From Tilletiaria anomala UBC 951 (Eukaryota): DNA of 64,000 nucleotides. The translations under genes were made by a program, and so were the position numbers. Location: the NCBI RefSeq assembly GCF_000711695.1, contig NW_013547013.1, forward strand, positions 62,001 through 126,000, read 5' to 3'. Shown piece by piece: positions 55,458-64,000 of the stretch. The notes under the pieces are model-generated. The model worked only from the letters and a program-made list of their open reading frames with translations. It ran no database searches and had not been told where the DNA came from. How positions within the stretch are numbered: the stretch's first letter is position 1; each line of letters begins with the position of its first letter.

Positions 55458-58064
55458 TCAGGATGAGAGAGAGTGTGCATGGTGCATCGAAGATGGTTTG
55501 AACGTCATGTCTCTCTCCGGGTCACAGGGCCTATCTTGCAACGAAACGATACCACCAGCTTATCAGAAGACAAGACTGGTTCATTTTCACGGGCCTCTAA
55601 CCCTCCCTCCTTCGGGCCACCCAAAGCAAGATTGTTTTGGGGCGCTGCTTGGCTCGATTCTGCAGTAAGGCGAATTCGGCTTACTCACCCCGAAGTGGAA
55701 GCCATGGGCGCGGGTTTTGCAAAGGCGACTCGAGGAGCGACAACCGGGGTGTCAAGCAGGCTGCGAGCGGTGCTGAACAATCGACAAACAGTCCGCGGGC
55801 GTACAGATACACTTCGCAGAGAGGCTGCGAACGCTTCGCAGGTTGGTCATATGTCGCGCGAGCTCTCTGATGGTGTTCAAGGAGCTGCAGCTGAATGGAT
55901 GCGATGTGAGTTTCAATTGGCTATGCCCTTGCTACCGTTGCGGATGCGAGATGGTGTCTCGTTCGGAGAGGCCCGCGTACGTCTGTGTGTGGTAATGCGG
56001 TGGTGTCAGTGACGATGGCATCTATCGCGTTGATTTCAAACTCCAAAAGTCAACAGTGGTGTGGTAGCGTGTGTGCGACTGGAGCGCTGTGGCCGGTGAA
56101 CGGGTGTGATAGAGAGTACATCATACTACACAGTGGCCAATGGGAGAGGCCGTGTTCATCATGAAGCACAAGAGCGCAGCAGACCGATGACCAATTCAGA
56201 CGAGCAGCTGGGCAAGCCGCAATGGGACTGCGCAAGTCAACTGGCTAGGGAGGCAGTGAGTGGGCTCCTCCAAGGCAGCCCGTGGCCCTTCTTCCCACCC
56301 CTTTTCGGAAGAAGAGCTCTCGTCGGATGACCGCACCGGGAGTGAATGCGAACGACGGCTGTGATCAGCACAGGGGTGATGCGTTGAGAGGGTGAGGCGA
56401 AGGGAAGGAGGAGGCACTGGCCCTGCCCTGTGATGCTTCTTGGAGTTGTGCTCACCGTGTGGGCCGTGCGCGATGCGCCTGCAGGCTGCAACTCTGCGTA
56501 GTGCAAAAAGGCCAGACACCGAGATCCGAGAGGTGCTACAAGGCACTGCAGCTCAATGTCAATTGAACACGCCAATCGAGTCCAGCTACACGCACACCGG
56601 ACACTAACCCTCACTCGTCTCCTGCCAATTATTGATTGTATCAGCTCGTACCTGCCTCAGTCCTGTGTCCCGCGGTCGGCAAACTCTCTCCATGCGACAC
56701 AGATTGCAGGTCCTTGTTGCGCCCCTTGGGCTCTCGGCCCAAGGGTGCATTAGAGGCTTGACTCTTTTCCTCTGACACTCTGCCCAGCGTCCGACACTCA
56801 ATCCGAAGTGAATTTAACCGAATCCCTTTCATGGGCTTGTCGCTCGTCACATTTGTCACCCGCGCTTGGGGAACTTGGGCGGGATGCCCGGTCATGTACA
56901 TGATCATGAGCCTGGATGGGAGTGGTCAGCGGAGTATTCATTGCTGCAGTGCGTTGCCGTTGCCGCTGCCTTGCCAATCAAATACTCTGCACAGCTGGCT
57001 TGCTGCCTCCGATGGCGCCACATCGGGGTTGTTTCCAAATTCTACAAATATACATTTGTACACAAGGTATATTGTGTAACATTTTTACGCTCGAGTCTCG
57101 TCGATGCTCGACAAAATATCGCAACCATCCGCGAGATGAGTATGTAACAGGTGATTAAGCATGCTCCGAAATTGATGACATATTCGGCAATTGGGTGCGA
57201 AATTACCGATTTGGTGGAAACTGGAAGGTGAACAAAGTCCCTTCCACTGTCTAGAATCAAGATCTCCCACAGTCTTCAGCAGAATGATTCCAATCATGCA
57301 AATCTCAACTAATGAATCCTCGATAAATTTGATTCGACATACCAGTATTCCGTGTCTATTTTAACCAAGCAGCCTACAAACCTGGAGTATTTTACGACTA
57401 GTGAAAGCGTGCCAGTTAAATTACGGAATGTTTGTTTGGTAAATATCTGACTTCTGTTGCTCGAAGTCCATTAATGGCAATCAGCAACACTACAGGGTGC
57501 CACCAGGCGCAGGAGCGTGCAGCCGGGCGGCCGCTAACCTGGCGAGTGGCGTCGCCCGCACAATTACCCCTCAGTACACTGCGTCGTCCCATACTGGAAT
57601 ATTTGCCTGGAAGTCTGGAAGAGTGGACGTGTCGACATGCAGCAATATTTGATTCTTTGCCATATGCCAGAGTCGACGAGAGTACATGCATACGTCTGTA
57701 ATTGCTGCACATCTGCACACCCATTGTGAATTGTCTTCGAGTCGCTTGAAACACCGACAAGCCTGTACAGGACTGCTATGTATTGACCATTTTGAGACTG
57801 AAACCCAATGCTACCTGGACTTGACATGTCGACGAGAAGTGTTGTACAAGAGCAAGGGGAACAAGCAGCAACGACTTCGGTCATATCCATCAACGGCTAG
57901 CGGTTAGAGGTGCTGCCCAAGTGTTCCGTAGCTGCTCAATGTACGGACGGACACGCAGCATGTACATGCGTGCATTGGCGGAGAGTAGACTGTACATGGC
58001 ATCGTCGTGGGTGCATTCATGACATGAATGGCAAAGAAAAATACAAGCCGCCGGGGTCGACGAT

Positions 58065-59690
58065 CTAAACAACCTGCGCCTTGAGCTTGCGCGGACCGAG
58101 GAAGCTGTCGGCCTCCGAGCGAGTCTGGAATTGACCGTGGCCCATCTTGGAGCTGGTGTCGATCCACTTGAGGCTGGTCTGCTCGAGAGCCTTGCGGGAA
58201 GTGTGGGTGGTGAGAGACTTGCGCAAGGTGAGAACGCGCTTCTTGACACCGGGGCAGCTGCCAAGGATCATGACGAAGTCGTTCTTGACGATACCGTAGT
58301 GCGGGAAGCCGCCCATCGGGGTGATCGTCTTTTTGGTGGTGTCGAACTCGGTCGAGCCAGAAGTCTCGTCGCTGCCGTTGGCAATGCGGTAAATCTTCTT
58401 GTTAAGCTCGGTACGGTGATGGTAGCCTTGCTGACCAGCACGCGCAACAGTGAAACGGACGTTCGCCGGGTGCCATGCACCAATGCAGGCAATCTTCCTC
58501 AGACCACGGTGCGTCTTGCGCGGCAGCTTCTTGACGCCCCACCTTGAGACGACACCGGAGTATCCATGACCCTTGGTAACACCGATGACATCGATGATCT
58601 CGTTCTCCTCAAAGACGCTCTTGGTGTCGATGGTCTTCTCGAAGTGCTCCTTAGCAAAGTCAACCTTGTCAGCGATTGAGCCACCGTTGACTTGAATTTC
58701 CATGAGGTGTGCCTTCTTCTGCTTGAGGCCAGTCTTGCGGATCTGAGTGTGGGCGAGAACACGGACGACGGTGCAGTACTTGCGAATCCGCTCGAGCTCG
58801 CGGTTGATGGACTTGCCGTCGTTCTCCGAGTGCTTCTTCACGTACTTCGTGAAAGCCTTCTTCTTGCTGCGGTACCAGTTCTTGTAGAAGCGACGCTTAA
58901 CCTCGTCCGAGAGGTGCTCAGCCCAGACGGTGGTGAGCGCACGGAGACCGCGGGGGGTCTCGACGTATCCGACGACACCGACAACGACCATAGGAGGGGT
59001 CTCGATGACGGTCACGGCCTCGACGATCTCACGCTTGTGCATCTTTGAACCGGGACGGTCGAGGTCACGGACAACGTGGGTCATGCCTGCCTTGTAGCCG
59101 AGCATGGCAGTCAGATGCACGGGCTTCTTGGCGTCATCCTTGGGGAAGCTGTCGGACAGCAAAGATGTCAATATGATAAGCCAGATCAACAGAATAAAGC
59201 TCATCAAAACTCACGCCTTGCACTTCCCGCGGTGCCTAGCCGCACGCTTGCGCGGCAAGAAACCGGTGTGACCGTGCCTTGGGTGCTCGTACTTGCAGTG
59301 AGACACTGAAAGGTGAGAGGGTATCAGCAGCCTTCTCGTGGATGATGGAAGAGTAGCAATTTGCAAGTACACATCCACGCAAGTCCCTGTCATTCGCAAG
59401 CCATGTAGGAGGAATGCCCGGGTTCATCCGTCACTGCGTTATAGTTGAGCTCATCCAGAGCAAATCAACACGACCACTTGAAGGACTGCGCATTGCGCGC
59501 ACCCTGCCAATCCCATCCCACATCGTCATATGCATGAGGTCTTCCAAGAAACCCATCTTGCTAAAACTTGACCAATGCCTGCCCACAAGCTTTCGCGTGC
59601 TCGTCTCGCGGCCGCTCCTTCTGAGCCAAGCTCGCTTTCTGGCGCACAGCTGATGCTTCTCCAAATGTGTGACTGTCACCAAAACTCACT
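58065..59690 (-). CDS. RPL3: 60S ribosomal protein L3 (uL3); exons 59690, 59305-59215 and 59148-58065
   Basis: [38 protein letters not shown] and [11 protein letters not shown]; the ATG is formed as A|TG across intron 1. Confidence 0.96.
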
Positions 59691-60415
59691 TTTGGCGAGC
59701 CCTTGTCGATTGCTGGGATGTCGATCGAGGTGTCTGGCTCAAAGCGAAGAGGAAGTCTATGCCGAAGTAGGCATGCTTCTAAAAGTTGAGCGCGTCGGAG
59801 CCAAGCTGGGGGTACACAGGGATGTCGCCTTGCGGTGAACCTTCTATTGCGCCCACCGCGCTTGCCGCAGCAGCTTTCCGCCAGATGATTTGGCGCGTGG
59901 GCGCCGAGACCTCCATCAGCAATCGGCGCGACTGGCCTTGAAAGCGCTCATGTGTCTTCTGAGTTTCGCAGACTCAGGTAGATCATCCATTCCAGGTTGG
60001 CTATTAAGTACATGCTCGCTTGGTGAGTACATTTGACAGCAACACACCGTAACAGGACGTCATACTGGTTACAGAGTGGGTGTAAACGATGGACAGACGG
60101 ATGGACAGAGGCTCCGGTGTGAGGGGTATTGTGGTGGTACTAACTGGGGACCTCAAAGACGAAGTGCATGGTATCTTGCTGGATTGACAAGACGAGTTCA
60201 AGCTCAAAGGTCCTAGTTTACTCTTCCGGCTTCCATGCATGAGCCTGAATGCTGCTGGAAGACCGGCTAGCGCGAGTAAAATCGGAATGGGGAAACCGGA
60301 CTATGATTTGCAGCTCAGTGGCCAAGCAATCATTTTTGCGACTAGCATTGCTGGTCACCTCTGAGGATGGTACACGAACTGACCCGAGCGTCTTTCTTGG
60401 GGCTATAGATTCAAG
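59691..60415. promoter_or_regulatory. Shared divergent promoter region of RPL3 and RPS29
   Basis: The two ribosomal-protein start codons face apart 725 bp; inverted motif pair at 59849-59861 and 59893-59904. Confidence 0.6.
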
Positions 60416-61095
60416 ATGGCGCACTCAAACATTTGGTTCTCTCATCCTCGCAAGTACGGCAAGGGCTCTCGGCAATGGTGAGTTTGACCACCCTGCCTCA
60501 GCTCTTATCACAGGCAAACCGATTGCACCCAGGATGAAAGGAATCTTTCACAAGGAAGGATGAAGGGAGGTGGCAGAGAAGGGTGTACATTCTGGTGGTG
60601 AGCGCAAGGGCTCAATGCAGCGATCTGGTGATGGGAATGATCACAAAGTATTGATTTGTGTCTGAAGCCAAGAGAAAGTCCAATTGCTTGAGGCTGTGAG
60701 CCTTGATGCAGATCAGTTTAAGAAATGATGACGGATTGCCACTTCCCATGGATATGGGCTAGAGTTGGAAGCGCGGCGGCGGTTTGGAAAAGTCTTCCGG
60801 GAGAGACGGAGCGGCCTGGGACAGGCACTTGGTGCAGCCGTATTTCGATGTCAAGTCGAAAGCCACTTAATTCGGGAAATTGGTACGTTGTGCTAACCTT
60901 TGTTTTGATTTCAGCCGCGTCTGCGCCAACCAAGGTGGTATCATTCGCAAGTATGGGCTTGACATCTGCCGTCAGTGCTTTAGGGAGAAGGCCGACGCTA
61001 TTGGCTTTGTCAAGGTACGTCGCCTCGCATGTCACTCTCCTCTTGCTTTCTGTATATGCTGATGTGCCTCTACATTTTATTTTTAGAACCGCTAA
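60416..61095 (+). CDS. RPS29: 40S ribosomal protein S29 (uS14); exons 60416-60477, 60915-61014 and 61087-61095
   Basis: Spliced [56 protein letters not shown], with a CxxC...CxxC zinc finger. Not in the ORF track. Confidence 0.95.
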
Positions 61096-61259
61096 ACATT
61101 TTGTCATCTCGCGCGCTGCCGCGCCCCTCCATGACCTCCCTCTTTGTATGCATTTGTACAATTGATTGATCCGGCACGCACAGCTGCGAATCTTCTCGCA
61201 AAGGATGGATGGCGCCCGAAAAATGTTCTTCAGGCTCCATTAGAAAGAAGCCCATGTTC

Positions 61260-64000
61260 TTACATGGCATCGCTCCGATGCTGACTGGTGATATATGCAG
61301 GTAACACAGGTGACCTCATCGTATCGCGTAGAGTCGCTGCCGATGCGGCGTTAGCGCTCTGCTCATTGAGCCACGTGAGCGTTCGTCGAGCATAATCTAC
61401 GACATGCCTTGGCATGTTCGCCAGCTTCGCGACTTCCAAGCCATGAGAATCGCGGTTGACGCCTGGTCGTAACCGGTGATCGTACACCACTGCGTCGTTA
61501 TTCGTGTCGATCACGTCGGTGCAAAAGAACGCGATGCCCTCAACGGAACTGCCATCGGCCGGCGATCCACCTACCACGTCTTGGAAACCGAGCATGTCTG
61601 CTAGCTCGTGAAAGTGCGTGGCAAAGAGTACCCTGCAATGGTTGGTGTGGAGAAGATGAAGCAGCGTAGCGAAGGCAATCGAGGTTCCCACTGCCGTCGC
61701 TGTGCCCCTTCCGATCTCGTCCGCAATGACGAAGCTCCGTGGAGTCGCGCGATGCAGGATTTCTGACATTTCTGTCATCTCAACCATAAACGTGCTGCGA
61801 TCCCGGAAGAGGTCGTCTTTTGCGCCAACGCGACTGAACAGACGATCAACGACGCCAATCCTCGCAGATTCCGCAGGGACGAAGCTCCCGCTCTGCGCAA
61901 GGATGGCGATGATTGCATTCTGTCGAATGAAGGTTGACTTGCCACCCATGTTGGGCCCAGTGATGAGGTGCAAACGGGAGTCTGGCCTCAGACTGAGGTC
62001 GTTCTTGACAAAGCTGCGCTGCTTCTCGAACAGTCCCATTTCAACACTGAGGTGCCTGCCGCCAACGACCTCGAAATCATAACTGTCATCGACAATGGGC
62101 CGAACGAGGGACAACTCTTGCGCAAGCTGGGCAAATCCGAGCAGCACGTCCAGCTGGTCTATCTGCCTAGCATTATGACGTAATGCCGGCGCCTCTCGAG
62201 CAACCATCTGGCGCAGGACTTCGAGCGCAAGCTGTTCCCTCTGTCGCAGGTCATTTTGGAGTCTTGTTAGCTTGGAGCCAATCCGCGTCCACTCTTCGAA
62301 GTAGTACGTGCGAGTCGATTTACTCTTGTATGCGAACGACATGTCGGATGGGAACAGGGGTGTCATGCGATCCTTAAAGTCCCCAACATGTACGACATAG
62401 CCTTGACCTAGCAGTTGTCGGAGAGTGAGCTTTCGCCGCTCCGGGTTGGGCAACCGGTCCCTCAGACGCTGTTCCAATTTTCGAGCAGAGCGACGCAAGA
62501 TATTGTACTCTTTGAGCAAGATGTCAATTGCTTTGGAAGATCTGTGTGGCTCAGAATGGAGTTTGCCACGGTGTCAACGCTGAGGACTTGCGACGCCCAT
62601 CGTATAACGTCTCTCACCCAGGCCTGATTAGGTGCTCCAATGGCGGGCCCCAGAGTGGGCTTTCTTCCTCTTGCTCTGCAGCTTTGCCTTTGGACCTGCT
62701 GGCGCGTCGTGGAGTCGACACTTGGATAGTACCGTGCTCTACCTGTGTCTGCTTCAGTTCACCCTGAGTAATTACAGACTCGATCTCATCTGCGGTCGCA
62801 CTTTGTAATTGTCGCCTCTTCTCCATCACTGATTCATCAATTGCATCTTCGAGAGACTGAGCAAGGTGACCTAGAGCGGTGAAATTACCGGCAATCTCCT
62901 GTGCGGAAGCGGCATACTCATGTGATAGACCCCGGTCCAAGGCTTCTCGCAGAGTGCTTTGCACTTTTTCGCATAGATGAACGAAGTCACGCACAGCCAA
63001 AAGATCCTGCTCGTCATTGCGCCGGGCCAAAATCTTCTGCAGTGTCCGAGAGATGTCGCCAGCGGAGCGTCGAAGCAGCAGGCGAAGATCTTCTCGAAGG
63101 AAAGCATTGGCATGAAGAGCAGACACGAGTTGTTGACGCCAGTGTATGATTTTGAGCGATGTACTTGGGCAGGCTGCGAAGATGCATCGCGTATGGTCAG
63201 CATTATCGTGACGTTCGGCATGGATTCGCATCTCAGTACACCCACTTAGCCATTCTTCGAGAAGCCGCGTACCACCCCTCGTCACTGTCCGTCTTGCTGC
63301 ACTAATAAGGCTGCCTCGCACGCCACCCTCGCGCATCGAGCTGCGAACTTCAAGCGCAGAGAGTGTGTGAGCATCAATTTGCATGCACTCTCGTTCAAGC
63401 ATGCGCTCTGGTGTCAAGGGAAAGACGCCTGATGCATTAGACGGGCTTTGCTGAAGCTCGATCAGCCGCGTCTCGATGTACCGTGTAAGCTGTTGGATGG
63501 CCTTTGATTCGGATGTAGATAGCTTGAGCTCAGGAAAGGGATTATCCATGCAAGCCGTAGGCGAGGAAGCCTGGTCAGATGCATACGTCACCATACAGCT
63601 TCCTTCTGGGAGCGCTTCCCATAGAGGGTGAGAATATCGATCGGCATCACCATGCCGACCGTCATCTTCGCTAGGAGCTGCGTTGAAAACGCCTGGCTGC
63701 AGTATGGCTTCCTTGGGCGCTATTCGGGCAATCTGATCTCGCAGGCTTTGTCCATCCGAACAAGGCATGCTATGAAAATTAGCTGTGCCGATATCCAGCC
63801 ACGCCAAGCCGAACTTTGGCGTCCCAACGGCGTTGTCATCTGCTGAAACGACAGAAACAATGAAATTGCTGGTGAATTGGTCGAGAAACTTTTCATCGAT
63901 GAGCGTCCCCGGCGATACTACTCTAGTGACTTTTCTGTGAAAGCTGGCGCTCTCGTTGAGGGTATCATCGTTGTTCGCTCCACTTTCCGCGCCGGAAGCG
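61260..64000 (-). CDS. MSH1: MutS homologue, mitochondrial Msh1-type; 5' part lies outside the window
   Basis: RKVTRVVSPGTLIDE, GGRHLSVE, ITGPNMGGKSTF, RSTFMVEM, DEIGRGT, LFATHFHEL and SHGLEVAKLA motifs. Confidence 0.88.

Overview
Gene-dense, intron-rich fungal nuclear DNA. Splice signals (GTGAGT/GTGCGT donors, CTGAC/CTAAC branch points) and an Upa2-type gene point to a smut-related basidiomycete (Ustilaginomycotina; inference). I reconstructed 19 protein-coding genes by hand: DBP3, JIP5, IRE1, a CDF metal transporter, 6-phosphogluconolactonase, an OSH3-like OSBP, a GYP5-like RabGAP, a cytochrome P450, an EI24-like protein, YOP1, PAB1, VAC8, PNO1, CDC6, UPA2, an SRPK/SKY1 kinase, RPL3, RPS29 and a partial MSH1. 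Notable points: (1) a Dabb/stress-responsive A/B-barrel gene absent from the ORF track, with three in-frame stops but intact frame and intron; (2) a multi-PAM2/coiled-coil/GWW Upa2 homologue about 10 kb from its partner PAB1; (3) an A-rich PAB1 5'UTR element completed by splicing; (4) a head-to-head RPL3/RPS29 pair with an inverted GCGCCCAC motif pair and an intron-split start codon. I recognised no rRNA, tRNA, CRISPR array or intact transposon. Family calls come from motif recognition, not database searches, and exon boundaries are hand-inferred.
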